Both the position numbers and the translations under genes were made by a program. Below, one piece after another: positions 1 to 10,046 of a stretch of 64,000 nucleotides of DNA. The DNA lies in assembly GCA_003483065.1 (NCBI GenBank), contig DMWY01000008.1, positions 2,177 to 66,176 on the forward strand, written 5' to 3'. Positions within the stretch are counted from its first letter, which is position 1, and each line of letters opens with the position of its first letter. The DNA comes from Candidatus Moraniibacteriota bacterium (lineage in GTDB: Bacteria; Patescibacteriota; Minisyncoccia; Moranbacterales; UBA2206). The notes below the pieces were generated by a model that saw only the letters and a list, made by a program, of their open reading frames with translations, was not told the origin of the DNA and made no database searches.

Positions 1-167
1 GCCAATTGATCCAACAGTTTCTTCGACTAATGGAACGGGGTACTACATCACAAAAAGTGCCAATGGTCGCATAACTGTGTGCGCTCCAAGCGCGGAACAG
101 GGTGCTACAATAACCGTGACTCGATAGCGAAAAAATAGAAGCTTAAGTTGCAGGCGCTAACCTGTAT

Positions 168-1529
168 ATGAAAAACAAAAAACAAAAAATAAATAAGGAG
201 GAAAGCAAAAAGGCTGATGATTCATCAGCCTCTTTTGGCTTTAATGATTCGATAAAAAAAATAAAAAGGAGCCACGCTAAGACAATAAAAACAGAAAAAG
301 AATTTTTCTTGCAGAATGAAATTATAGAAAATATGCCAGAGGGAATCTATTTCGTTCGTTTGAAAGATGGGATTATTGTTTATGCAAACGCTAAATTTGA
401 AAAAATATTTGGTTATAACGCGGGTGAAATGATTGGAAAGCACGCATCAATTGTCAACGCCCCAACTACTAAAAAGCCAAAAGAAACAGCTCGCGAAATA
501 ATGAATATCATGAAAAAAACTGGCGAGTGGCTTGGAGAAATAAATAACATCAAAAAAGACGGCACTTCCTTTTGGTGTTATGCGAGTTGTTTTTTGTTTG
601 ATCATCCGGAGCACGGCAAGATTATTGTGGCAATGCATACTGATATTACCAAGAGAAAGCAAGCAGAAGAATCCCTCAAGATTAAGAATTTTATCTTCGA
701 CCATTCTTTTTCCGCTAACAGTATTTCAAATGCCAATGCTATTGTCACTGAAGTAAATCAAAGTTTTTTGGATAATTGGGGTTTTTTGGATAAAAAAGAA
801 ATTGTAGGAAAATCTTTCTCTGTATGTTTTAATGATCCCAAAGAAGCTATGATTGCGCATAATGCATTGGATAAGAATGGAAAATGGAGCGGAGAGTTTG
901 TCGCCAAAAGAAAAGACGGCTCAACTTTCATTGCCTATGGGCCGGCAACAAAATTAATTGATGAAAAAGGCAAACTAATTGGCTATCAATCTACTTTGTT
1001 TGATATTACTGAAAGAAAAAAAGCTAAAGAGACAATTATCTTGGATGAAGAAAAATTTGAAGAAATATTTAACTATTCTCCCATTGCTATTGAACTCTAT
1101 AATGCCAAAGGAGAGTTGGAAAAAGTCAACAAAGCAACGCTTCAAATGTTTGGTGTGAAAAATGAAAAAGAGATAGTGGACTTCAAACTTTTTGATGATC
1201 CAAATGTTCCAGATAGCGCTAAGAAAGTTCTAAAAAATGGAAATTTGGTGGAATATGAAAATGTTTTTGATTTTGAAAAGGTGCAAAAATTTAACTTATA
1301 TAATACGATAAAAAGTGGGATTATCCACCTAAGTACAGTAATAACTCCTCTTAAAAAAGGATCATCGGGGTATTTGGCGATGATCGAAGATGCCACTGAC
1401 AGTAAAAATTCGCAAATTAAACTACGAGAAAAATTGGACGAAATGGAAAAAATGAACAAGCTAATGGTGGGCAGAGAGTTAAAAATGATTGAGTTAAAGG
1501 ATAAAATAGATAAATTAACAAAAAAATGA
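168..1529 (+). CDS. Cytoplasmic sensor protein with three PAS domains and a C-terminal coiled coil; no output domain
   Basis: Three PAS-like blocks (e.g. GIYFVRLKDGIIVYANAKFEKIFGYNAGEMIGKH; DITKRK/DITERK PAC-like ends). The C-terminus is a coiled coil, ELEKMNKLMVGRELKMIELKDKIDKL. No HisKA or HATPase motifs. Confidence 0.7.
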   Translation: MKNKKQKINKEESKKADDSSASFGFNDSIKKIKRSHAKTIKTEKEFFLQNEIIENMPEGIYFVRLKDGIIVYANAKFEKIFGYNAGEMIGKHASIVNAPTTKKPKETAREIMNIMKKTGEWLGEINNIKKDGTSFWCYASCFLFDHPEHGKIIVAMHTDITKRKQAEESLKIKNFIFDHSFSANSISNANAIVTEVNQSFLDNWGFLDKKEIVGKSFSVCFNDPKEAMIAHNALDKNGKWSGEFVAKRKDGSTFIAYGPATKLIDEKGKLIGYQSTLFDITERKKAKETIILDEEKFEEIFNYSPIAIELYNAKGELEKVNKATLQMFGVKNEKEIVDFKLFDDPNVPDSAKKVLKNGNLVEYENVFDFEKVQKFNLYNTIKSGIIHLSTVITPLKKGSSGYLAMIEDATDSKNSQIKLREKLDEMEKMNKLMVGRELKMIELKDKIDKLTKK

Positions 1530-2818
1530 TGAGAATGGGGTTGAAAAATAAAATATTAGTGAGTTTATTTCTAGTAGTTTTTCTTTGTGGCATTATTGCT
1601 TCTTATTTTATCTACACTCAATCTAAAAAGAATTTAAGTGAATATAAAAAAGATAGCTTGGAAACATTGATTTTGGAACGAAAAAATCGAGTAGCGGATT
1701 TTTTTGGAAATTCTCTTTCTTTGGCAGAAAAAATTTCCAAAAGACAAGAGATTATAAATTATATTGAAAACGAAGGGGAAATTCAAGAGGCAAGCATTCT
1801 TTTGATTCTTCAAAATTATAATATTGGAGAAAAATATTCGGCTATGTATATCATGAATAAAAATGGTCAAACTATGGTTTCGACCGATGAATCATTCATC
1901 GGGAAAGATTATAGTTTTAGAGAATATTTCCAAAGAGCGGTTTCAGGAGAACCTTGGGCGGATATGGCGATCGGTTCAACTAGCAATATTCCCGGATACT
2001 ATGTTTCTTATCCAATCAAAAATAGAGAAAAGGTCATTGGCGTGACAGTGCTTAAAATTATTCCAGAACATCTCAATAAGATATTCACCAAAGAAAGTAT
2101 TGGAGGTAACAACGACACTGATTTTATTTTTGTTGATGTTAATGGCGTAGTGATTTATTCCAGCGATGAGAAAAAAAATTATCATAGTCTGGGTAATTTG
2201 ACAGAAGAAAAGAAAAGAGAGATTTTTGAGAGTAAAAAATTTGCTTCAAAGGAGATATTACCCTTAGATTATGATGAAATTCAAAAAGAAATAGACAAAA
2301 TCTCAACTATCCCATCAAGCTATAGCTTAAATGATGAAGCTGATGGCGCTCAAGAATTATTAATGGCAATTAAGGTGGAAAATTTTCCATTTTTTGTTAT
2401 AGCAGAAGCGAATTTAGACAAGATGCTTGCTTCCATTAGGGATATCTCATTATGGTTAGTGGCTTTATTTTTGATGGTTATTGTAATTGGCGGATTTACT
2501 GCTTCTTTTTTTATCACTAGATTTTTGCGTCCACTTAGAGAGTTGAAAAATATTGCAGATGATGTTTCTAGAGGAAAGTATGAAAAATTGAAAATCATAA
2601 AAACAAATGATGAAATTGAAGAATTGAGTTGGGGGCTAAAAAAAATGGCCGATAGCCTAATTAAGCTGAAGAAGGGGGCTGAAGAAAAGGTAGTAGAACG
2701 TTCTAGGGAGTTGGAAAAAATGAACAGCTATATGACTGGTAGAGAGATAAAAATGATTGAGCTTAAAAAGAAAATAGAGGAATTAGAAAAAAGTAAAAAT
2801 ATAAAAAATGATAAATAA
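1526..2818 (+). CDS. Membrane sensor with a periplasmic Cache-like domain and HAMP; no kinase domain
   Basis: N-terminal TM, an extracytoplasmic domain of about 270 aa, a second TM, then a HAMP-like segment (RPLRELKNIADDVSRGKYEKLK...). The C-terminal helix ELEKMNSYMTGREIKMIELKKKIEEL matches the end of the upstream PAS protein. Its start overlaps the upstream stop. Confidence 0.6.
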   Translation: MMRMGLKNKILVSLFLVVFLCGIIASYFIYTQSKKNLSEYKKDSLETLILERKNRVADFFGNSLSLAEKISKRQEIINYIENEGEIQEASILLILQNYNIGEKYSAMYIMNKNGQTMVSTDESFIGKDYSFREYFQRAVSGEPWADMAIGSTSNIPGYYVSYPIKNREKVIGVTVLKIIPEHLNKIFTKESIGGNNDTDFIFVDVNGVVIYSSDEKKNYHSLGNLTEEKKREIFESKKFASKEILPLDYDEIQKEIDKISTIPSSYSLNDEADGAQELLMAIKVENFPFFVIAEANLDKMLASIRDISLWLVALFLMVIVIGGFTASFFITRFLRPLRELKNIADDVSRGKYEKLKIIKTNDEIEELSWGLKKMADSLIKLKKGAEEKVVERSRELEKMNSYMTGREIKMIELKKKIEELEKSKNIKNDK

Positions 2819-5800
2819 TCTCTACATAATTATCTATGTGATGACGGTATTAGTCTGTTTGGCTATGCTATATTTTCTTTTGAAGCAAGCCAAGAAAACA
2901 GCTTCTTCAAGAGCGTTAGTTTGGTTAATTTTCATTACTACTATTTGGACTGTGGTGGAAATTTTAGCCTCAATAGGATTTATTGTTAACGAAATAATCC
3001 ATCTGTATCTTTGGCGATCTGCTTTTTTTCTTGGTGGCATAACAACCTATTCTCTTTTGTGTTTCATTTTGACATTTTTTGAAATATGCAAGAAAATAAA
3101 TTTTAAAATAAAATTAATTACTGGCCTTGTCTTAGGTATCCTTTCTTTTTATTTGACGATAATATCCTCCGGAACGGTTAAGAATATTTTGACGAATCGG
3201 GCAATCTGGGAAATTGGATACGAAACAGGTCAGCTATTTCCGCTCACGGTTATGGTCGTTGGCTTTCCGATGTTGGCATCTCTTTTATTCACACTTTGGA
3301 AATATTTTACTGCAAAAAATGAAAAAAATAAAAAACAGTATGGGCTTATGACGATGGGTATTTTTTCTCCAGCCATCGGAGGAGTGTTAACAAATCTAAT
3401 TTTACCGCTACTGGGTATTGTCCATTTTCCTCGCTTGGCTAATTTTTCTTCAGTTATTTTGATTGGGGTATTGTTCTATGTGATATATGAGTTGAATGCT
3501 TTCAAGGGAGAGATAAAAAGATATTCCATTCGTTTTAGATTGGTTATTATGGTGGTCGCCATAACTTTTTTTGGAAGTCTAATTGGATTTTTTGTTTATT
3601 ATTCGAACTCAATGAATGTTTTGAATCAAGAGGTATATAGGAATTTTGATTCAATCACTCAAATAAAATCATATGAGTTGCAAAACTTTCTAAACTTTCA
3701 AAAATCTAAATTGGATCTGACGATAAAAAGCTCAATCGTAATTGGTGAATTATTCAATAAGGTGGAGCAGGATGAAGAATATTTTGCCATAATGGAAAAA
3801 GTAAAAAATAAATTAAACTTGATTTCTGATAAAGAAATTAGAGAAATCATTCTTTTGGACAAGAATGGACGAATTGTGGCTGTTTCGAAAAATAGTTCAG
3901 AAGAAGGGAAGGATTATAGTCAAAAAGAAGAATATAAGAATGCACTGAATAGGGATTTTATCAGTGATATTAGAAAAGAAGAAAATTTGGAAAAATATTA
4001 TTTCACCATTTCCGTCCCATATTTTGAGTCTCAAAGTAATAAATTTCAAGGAATGATTATTGGAAAAATTGATGCCCAAGTTATTGAAAATTTGCTGGCA
4101 GAAAAAATAGATTTGGGGGATACGGGTGAAATATTTTTACTCAACAGGGAAAAAAAGCTTATTACTGCTACAAAATATTTAGGACGGGAGGAAATACTCA
4201 ACAAAAAAATTGAAACCATAAGCTCAACAGAATGTTTTACTGAAAAAAATAAAGAATATTCTGATCATAAAGCGGTGAATAAATTTTTAGACTATCGTAA
4301 TATTGAAGTTATCGGAACGCATGCCTATATCGCGCAAATGAATTGGTGTCTGGTTTCCAAAATTGATCAAAAAGAAATTACAGATAAATATGAAAAAGGT
4401 TTGTCAATTATTTTCTTCCTTTCTTTGATAATAATAATAATTGTATCTTCTTTAGTGGCATATTTTTATTCTCTCACTATTTCTCGACCAATTGCTGATT
4501 TGCAAGATGGAGCACAAGAATTATCCCGAGGAAACTTGGATTATAAGGTAGAAATTGATTCAAGAGATGAATTTGGACAATTAGCCGGAGTGTTTAATTT
4601 TATGGGGCAAAAACTCAAGGAAACATACTCTTCACTAGAAAAAAAGGTTAAAGAAAGAACAAGAGAATTGGAAAAATCAATCACAGAAATGGATAATTCT
4701 CGAAAGGCCATGCTTAATATTTTGGAAGATGTGGATGAAGAGAAAAATAAAACTCAAGAAGAAAAAGAAAAGATTAGTGCAATCTTGCATAGTATTGGGG
4801 ATGGAGTTTTTGTGGTAGATGATCAGGCTAAAATAATTATGATTAATCAAGTGACTTCAGATATTTCAGGTTTCAGTCAAGAGGAGTTAATTGGAAAGAG
4901 ATATGATAAAATTTTGCATTTTGTTCAAGATTCTCAAACAGAAAAGATAATTTATGATTTCGTTGGTGAAGCCATAGCAAGTGGAAAAACTAGAGAAATG
5001 CCGATTCATACTATGCTTGTGCGTAAGGATGGTGAAAAAATTCCCGTATCTGATAGTGCCGCTCCTTTGAAAAATGAAAAAAACAAAGTTGTTGGTTGTG
5101 TAGTAGTTTTTCGTGATATAGCCAAGGAATATCAAGTAGACAAGGCGAAAACAGAATTTGTTTCCTTAGCATCTCATCAATTACGCACTCCACTTTCAGC
5201 GATTAATTGGTATACAGAGATGCTTTTAGCAGGGGATGCTGGTGAGCTCAATAAGGAACAAAGAAGTTTTATGGATGAAATATACAATGGCAATCAAAGG
5301 ATGGTGGAGTTAGTAAACTCACTGCTGAATGTTTCCAGAATCGAGCTTGGCACTTTGGCGATTGAACCAAGGCCGACTGATTTCGCAAAAATTTCAAATA
5401 ATGTAGTAAAAGAATTGATTAATGAGATAAAAATCAAACAATTAAAAGTTAAAGAAAATTATGCCAAAAACATACCACTCATCAATGCTGATCCAAATTT
5501 AACTCGAATTATCTTTCAAAATATCATAACCAACGCAGTTAAATATACACCAGAAAAAGGAAAAATTGATATTATTCTTGAAAAAGAAAGCAAAAATTTA
5601 CTCATCAAGATTTCCGATACTGGTTATGGAATCCCAGATAATCAAAAAGATAGAATTTTCCAAAAACTTTTCCGCGCGGACAATGTTCGAGAAAAAGATA
5701 CGAATGGTAGCGGATTGGGGCTATATTTAGTAAAATCAATTGTGGAGCAGTCAGAAGGAGAGATTTGGTTTGAATCAAAAGAAAACAAGGGCACAACTTT

Positions 5801-5861
5801 TTTTGTACGCATTCCACTTTCTGGAATGAAGAAAAAAGAAGGCTCTAAAACATTAAATTAA
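2808..5861 (+). CDS. Large multidomain sensor histidine kinase (polytopic N-terminus, Cache-like, HAMP, PAS, HisKA, HATPase_c)
   Basis: About 7 N-terminal TM helices. H-box SLASHQLRTPLSAINWYTEML. HATPase G-boxes DTGYGIP and GSGLGLYLVKSIVE. Signalling helix ERTRELEKSITEMDNSRKAMLNILED lies between HAMP and PAS. Confidence 0.85.
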   Translation: MINNLYIIIYVMTVLVCLAMLYFLLKQAKKTASSRALVWLIFITTIWTVVEILASIGFIVNEIIHLYLWRSAFFLGGITTYSLLCFILTFFEICKKINFKIKLITGLVLGILSFYLTIISSGTVKNILTNRAIWEIGYETGQLFPLTVMVVGFPMLASLLFTLWKYFTAKNEKNKKQYGLMTMGIFSPAIGGVLTNLILPLLGIVHFPRLANFSSVILIGVLFYVIYELNAFKGEIKRYSIRFRLVIMVVAITFFGSLIGFFVYYSNSMNVLNQEVYRNFDSITQIKSYELQNFLNFQKSKLDLTIKSSIVIGELFNKVEQDEEYFAIMEKVKNKLNLISDKEIREIILLDKNGRIVAVSKNSSEEGKDYSQKEEYKNALNRDFISDIRKEENLEKYYFTISVPYFESQSNKFQGMIIGKIDAQVIENLLAEKIDLGDTGEIFLLNREKKLITATKYLGREEILNKKIETISSTECFTEKNKEYSDHKAVNKFLDYRNIEVIGTHAYIAQMNWCLVSKIDQKEITDKYEKGLSIIFFLSLIIIIIVSSLVAYFYSLTISRPIADLQDGAQELSRGNLDYKVEIDSRDEFGQLAGVFNFMGQKLKETYSSLEKKVKERTRELEKSITEMDNSRKAMLNILEDVDEEKNKTQEEKEKISAILHSIGDGVFVVDDQAKIIMINQVTSDISGFSQEELIGKRYDKILHFVQDSQTEKIIYDFVGEAIASGKTREMPIHTMLVRKDGEKIPVSDSAAPLKNEKNKVVGCVVVFRDIAKEYQVDKAKTEFVSLASHQLRTPLSAINWYTEMLLAGDAGELNKEQRSFMDEIYNGNQRMVELVNSLLNVSRIELGTLAIEPRPTDFAKISNNVVKELINEIKIKQLKVKENYAKNIPLINADPNLTRIIFQNIITNAVKYTPEKGKIDIILEKESKNLLIKISDTGYGIPDNQKDRIFQKLFRADNVREKDTNGSGLGLYLVKSIVEQSEGEIWFESKENKGTTFFVRIPLSGMKKKEGSKTLN

Positions 5862-5866
5862 AAAAA

Positions 5867-6256
5867 ATGAATAAAAAAAATCCAGTCGTATTAGTAGTTG
5901 AAGATGAAAAACCACTTCAGGAGGCGATAAAAATTAAATTGGAGTTAAATGGCTTCGATACTGTGACAGCTAGATCAGTAGAACAAGCAATTAATTTTTT
6001 GAGAGACATTAAAAATGTGGATGCTATTTGGTTGGATCACTATCTTTTAGGTAAAGAAAATGGGCTGGATTTTGTGGCTAAGTTAAAGGAGAAAAAAGAG
6101 TGGAAAAAAATTCCGATTTTTATAGTTTCTAATACTGCTAGTCAAGAAAAGGTAAAATCCTATATGAGCCTCGGAGTAGAAAAATATTATGTGAAAGCCA
6201 ATTATAGGTTGGATGATATTATAAAAGACATAAAGAGTAGTTTAAAATTAAAATAA
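5867..6256 (+). CDS. Single-domain response regulator (CheY-like receiver)
   Basis: Receiver motifs VVLVVEDE, WLDHYL (phospho-accepting Asp), IFIVS and K near the C-terminus. No output domain. Confidence 0.8.
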   Translation: MNKKNPVVLVVEDEKPLQEAIKIKLELNGFDTVTARSVEQAINFLRDIKNVDAIWLDHYLLGKENGLDFVAKLKEKKEWKKIPIFIVSNTASQEKVKSYMSLGVEKYYVKANYRLDDIIKDIKSSLKLK

Positions 6257-6260
6257 TTTT

Positions 6261-6629
6261 ATGAACAAAAAAATTATTATCATTGAGGACGAATTATCTT
6301 TGCGAAGTGTTTTGGCAGAAAAATTAAAATCTGATGGTTTTGAAGTTTTGGAAGCTAAGAATGGCCAAGAGGGCTTGGAAATTTCAATCAGCCAAAAACC
6401 TGATTTAATTCTTTTGGATATAGTGATGCCTAAAATGGATGGCCTAACAATGCTAGAAAAACTTAGAGAGGATAGTTGGGGAAAGAAAGTGCCAGTCATT
6501 ATTCTTACTAATCTAAGTTCCGGGGCGGAAATGTCAAGATCGGCCGAAGGCGGAGTTTCTGGCTATCTAGTCAAGACAGACTGGAAATTGGATGATGTAG
6601 TCAAAAAGATAAAAGAGACACTAAAATAA
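6261..6629 (+). CDS. Single-domain response regulator (CheY-like receiver)
   Basis: KIIIIEDE, LILLDIVMPKMDG, VPVIILTN and GYLVK motifs. Paralogous to the receiver at 33812. Confidence 0.85.
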   Translation: MNKKIIIIEDELSLRSVLAEKLKSDGFEVLEAKNGQEGLEISISQKPDLILLDIVMPKMDGLTMLEKLREDSWGKKVPVIILTNLSSGAEMSRSAEGGVSGYLVKTDWKLDDVVKKIKETLK

Positions 6630-6679
6630 TCTTTTTGCAATTTTTTGCCTATTTCTCTGTATTATAGTACGATTGGAGT

Positions 6680-8536
6680 ATGAATAACGATATAGAGGAG
6701 ATAAAATCAAAGCTCAATATAGTGGATATTTTGGGCGAATATATTCGTTTGGACAAGGCAGGGGCGAACTGGCGAGCTCTCTGTCCTTTTCATAACGAGA
6801 AATCACCATCTTTTATGGTGAATGAAGAAAAACAATTTTGGCATTGTTTTGGTTGTCAAAAATCAGGTGATATCTTTGCTTTTGTGATGGAAATGGAAGG
6901 CGTGGAATTTCGAGAAGCGCTGAATTCACTTGCAGAAAAAGCGGGAGTAAAATTGCAATCCTATAGTCCAGAAAAATCCCAGGAAAAAAATCGGACATTG
7001 GAAATTTTGGAATTAGCCACGAAATTTTATGAAGTGCAACTCTGGAAGGGGGAGGGTAAGGAAAAAATTATAAACTATCTTCATGAAAGAGGACTCAAAG
7101 ATGAAACAATTAAGGAATTTCGGTTGGGTTACGTACCGTCTGGTTGGCGAAATGTTCTAGATTTTTTAGTTAAAAGGGGATATAAAATTGAAGAAATAAA
7201 TAAGACAGGGCTTTTGGTGCAGAAAAACAATGCGCAACCTTCTGACCTCACCCCCAGCCCCTCTCCTTATCAAGGAGAGGGGGGTAATCGATTTTATGAT
7301 CGCTTTCGTGATCGAATTATTTTTCCAATCAGTGATTATTCAGGAAAAGTGTTGGGCTATACAGCGCGGGTGACTCCCGGAAGTGATGAATCGCAAGCTA
7401 AATATGTCAATTCTCCAGAAACCGAAATGTATCACAAAAGCCGAATTCTTTATGGTTTAGACAGAGCTAAATCAGAGATAAAAAAGCAGGACTTTGTTCT
7501 CCTGGTGGAAGGTCAAATGGATGTAATCGCTTCGCATCAAGCGGGAATAAAAAACACTGTTGCAGTGAGTGGTACAGCGCTTACGCTCGAGCAAATTGCC
7601 ATAATAAAAAGATACACCAAAAACATTCAAATGTTTTTTGATATGGATAGCGCTGGTGAAAATGCCACCAAAAAAAGTGTGAAATTATGTCTAGCCAGTG
7701 GCATGGCGGTGCGCATTGTGAGTTTGGAACGAGGGAAAGACGCAGCTGATATGGCTAAGGAAAACCCAGAAGAGCTTGCGAAAAGCGTGGCGCAATCTTT
7801 ACCAGCGGTGGAATATTTTTTCCAAAAGACATTTGGAAAGTTTGATAGAAATAAGGTGGAGGATAAGAAAAAAATAACCTCAGAACTACTGGATATTATT
7901 TTGGATCTAGAGAATGAAGTGGAAAAAAATTATTGGATAAAAAAATTAGCCGAAGGATTAGGTGTTTCAGAATCAGCATTGACGGATGAGCTCAAAAAGA
8001 CTAGTCTTAAAGATAAGAATACTAAAGATAGTGGCCAGAAAGAAGACATAAAAAAAATCGGACCAACCACAAAAAAAGAAATGCTTATTTGGGAAATGAT
8101 TGGCCTAATGTTGGTTTCAAGTTTTGTTTGGAAAAAAGCGTGTGAAGAGGAAAAAACAAGAAAAATTTTCTTGTCGGACAATCTTTTGCAACTAATGCTG
8201 GAAAAAGGAGAACAAGTTAATTTTAATTTCGATACTTTTTTGAATGAAATTGTGGATGATCGAGAGCTTAGCGAAAAAGCGCGAAAATTATTTATTCAAA
8301 AAAAATATCAACTCGATTTAAATAATAATCAAGAAGAGATAATAATCGAAGACCCATGGAAAGAATTTCAAGCTTGTGAGAGGGAAATGGAAAGAGAAGA
8401 AAAAAAAGAAGAATTAAATCGCATAGGCAATGATTTGAAACTGGCCGAAGAAAGAAAGGATGAAACAGCAAAGAAATTTTTGCGAGAGCAGTCGGACAAA
8501 ATTTCCAAAGAATTAGCAAAGTTAATGGAGTTATAA
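6680..8536 (+). CDS. dnaG: DNA primase DnaG
   Basis: Zinc-ribbon CPFHNEKSPSF...WHCFGCQKSGD. TOPRIM motif LLVEGQMDV...DSAG. Contains a low-complexity insert, LTPSPSPYQGEGGN. Confidence 0.9.
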   Translation: MNNDIEEIKSKLNIVDILGEYIRLDKAGANWRALCPFHNEKSPSFMVNEEKQFWHCFGCQKSGDIFAFVMEMEGVEFREALNSLAEKAGVKLQSYSPEKSQEKNRTLEILELATKFYEVQLWKGEGKEKIINYLHERGLKDETIKEFRLGYVPSGWRNVLDFLVKRGYKIEEINKTGLLVQKNNAQPSDLTPSPSPYQGEGGNRFYDRFRDRIIFPISDYSGKVLGYTARVTPGSDESQAKYVNSPETEMYHKSRILYGLDRAKSEIKKQDFVLLVEGQMDVIASHQAGIKNTVAVSGTALTLEQIAIIKRYTKNIQMFFDMDSAGENATKKSVKLCLASGMAVRIVSLERGKDAADMAKENPEELAKSVAQSLPAVEYFFQKTFGKFDRNKVEDKKKITSELLDIILDLENEVEKNYWIKKLAEGLGVSESALTDELKKTSLKDKNTKDSGQKEDIKKIGPTTKKEMLIWEMIGLMLVSSFVWKKACEEEKTRKIFLSDNLLQLMLEKGEQVNFNFDTFLNEIVDDRELSEKARKLFIQKKYQLDLNNNQEEIIIEDPWKEFQACEREMEREEKKEELNRIGNDLKLAEERKDETAKKFLREQSDKISKELAKLMEL

Positions 8537-8548
8537 TAATATTATTAT

Positions 8549-8689
8549 GACTTCCGCATTTCCCTTCGAATCTATTGTTCGCTGAAATTACTTTAAAATT
8601 CAATTAAGATTATAGATAGAAATTATTGTTTATAAATCCTGCCATTGCACTGGCTACATAAATAGATTCTCAGAAAAATGCGTAAGTCC
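8549..8689 (+). repeat. MITE-like intergenic element copy 1 (141 bp) immediately upstream of rpoD
   Basis: Termini GACTTCCGCATTT ... AAATGCGTAAGTCC are inverted repeats. Internal 9-bp inverted repeat GAATCTATT/AATAGATTC. About 88% identical to the copy at 33650-33790. Confidence 0.6.
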
Positions 8690-8708
8690 TAATTATATCT
8701 AAACATTT

Positions 8709-10046
8709 ATGGTCAAAGTTAAAAAAAATAAGAAAAAAATCTTGAAAAATAAAAAAACGCCGAAAAAAATCAAAGCTGTTCAAAAAAAGAGCAACAAAAA
8801 GATTGTTTCTAAGAAGAAAATTGTGCCTAAAAAGCCTAAAAATAAGGCTAAAATAGCGCCAAAAAAGAAGATTGAGAAAAAGAAACCAATCAAGAAAAAA
8901 GTCGTCAAGCAGATTTCCAAAAGAATGGAGGAAAAAAATTCTCAAAGACGCGGAGATATTGATGAACTGGTCTATCGTGGAAAGCAAAGAGGTTTCATCA
9001 CAGAGGATGAAATTTTGCATGTCATTCCGGATGCGGAAAAGGATATTGAAAAATTGGAAGAACTTTATGAAAAACTCGAAAAGAAAAATATTCGGGTGGT
9101 AAATTCTGATGAAATGATTCGCATGGAAACAGACAAGGTTTCTGAGGATTTTGACAAACAAAAAACTGGCAAGAAAAAAACCAGAAAAGAAACAATGGAC
9201 GTGGGTCCGGAAGAAGCTTCTTCCGATTTGGTTCAGATGTATTTACGAGAAATTGGTCGCGTGGATCTTCTCAGCACCGAAGAAGAAATAAACCTGGCGA
9301 AAAGAATTGAAAAAGGAGATACGATGGCCAAACAAAGACTCACCGAAGCTAATCTTCGACTTGTGGTGAGTATCGCCAAAAAATATGTGGGTCGCTCACA
9401 TAACCTTTCTCTTTTAGATTTGATTCAAGAAGGCAACATCGGACTTTTCCGCGCCGTGGAAAAATTTGACTATCGAAAAGGCTACAAATTTTCCACATAT
9501 GCTACTTGGTGGATTCGCCAAGCTGTGACACGCGCGCTAGCTGACCAATCAAGAACGATTCGTATTCCGGTGCATATGGTAGAAACGATTAATAAATATA
9601 CGCAAATTACCCGAAGACTCGTGCAAGATCTTGGACGCGAACCACTTCCAGAAGAAATTGCGGTGGAAATGGGAATTGAGGTGGACAAAATTCGCCACAT
9701 CCAAAAAATTTCCCAAGAAACAGTTTCTTTGGAAACTTCAGTGGGGGACTCAGATGACGACAGCGTGCTTGGAGATTTCATTGAGGATACTGAAACTGTG
9801 ATGCCAAATCAAATTGCTAGCCGAAAAATGCTCAAGGAACATGTGACGGAAATTTTGAAGGATCTCACTCCACGCGAACAAAAAATTCTGAAAATTCGTT
9901 TCGGTTTGGAAGACGGCGTGACGCATACCTTGGAAGAAGTGGGACAGGAATTTGGCGTCACTCGCGAACGAATTCGACAGATTGAAGCCAAGGCTTTGGA
10001 AAAAATTCGCGATCATAAAACTATCAAGAAACTTCGAGATTACTAA
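8709..10046 (+). CDS. rpoD: Primary RNA polymerase sigma factor (sigma-70/RpoD) with a lysine-rich N-terminal extension
   Basis: Region 1.2/2 [16 protein letters not shown] and [37 protein letters not shown]. Region 4 near the C-terminus. The first ~70 aa are about 50% Lys. Follows dnaG as in the macromolecular-synthesis operon. Confidence 0.95.
   Translation: MVKVKKNKKKILKNKKTPKKIKAVQKKSNKKIVSKKKIVPKKPKNKAKIAPKKKIEKKKPIKKKVVKQISKRMEEKNSQRRGDIDELVYRGKQRGFITEDEILHVIPDAEKDIEKLEELYEKLEKKNIRVVNSDEMIRMETDKVSEDFDKQKTGKKKTRKETMDVGPEEASSDLVQMYLREIGRVDLLSTEEEINLAKRIEKGDTMAKQRLTEANLRLVVSIAKKYVGRSHNLSLLDLIQEGNIGLFRAVEKFDYRKGYKFSTYATWWIRQAVTRALADQSRTIRIPVHMVETINKYTQITRRLVQDLGREPLPEEIAVEMGIEVDKIRHIQKISQETVSLETSVGDSDDDSVLGDFIEDTETVMPNQIASRKMLKEHVTEILKDLTPREQKILKIRFGLEDGVTHTLEEVGQEFGVTRERIRQIEAKALEKIRDHKTIKKLRDY

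Noticed and set aside
225-1459. Minus-strand ORFs (225-443, 447-704, 1142-1459) embedded in the PAS sensor gene, and the many similar 60-140-aa antisense ORFs throughout the track (e.g. 8670-9161, 17325-18185, 20979-21314, 34353-35543, 41083-41860)
   Set aside because: They lie entirely inside well-supported genes on the opposite strand. They have low-complexity, Phe/Ile/Lys-rich translations typical of AT-rich antisense frames. They lack start-site context.
8872-9102. Plus-strand internal ORF within rpoD (different frame)
   Set aside because: It is out of frame with the conserved sigma-70 reading frame, which accounts for the whole region.
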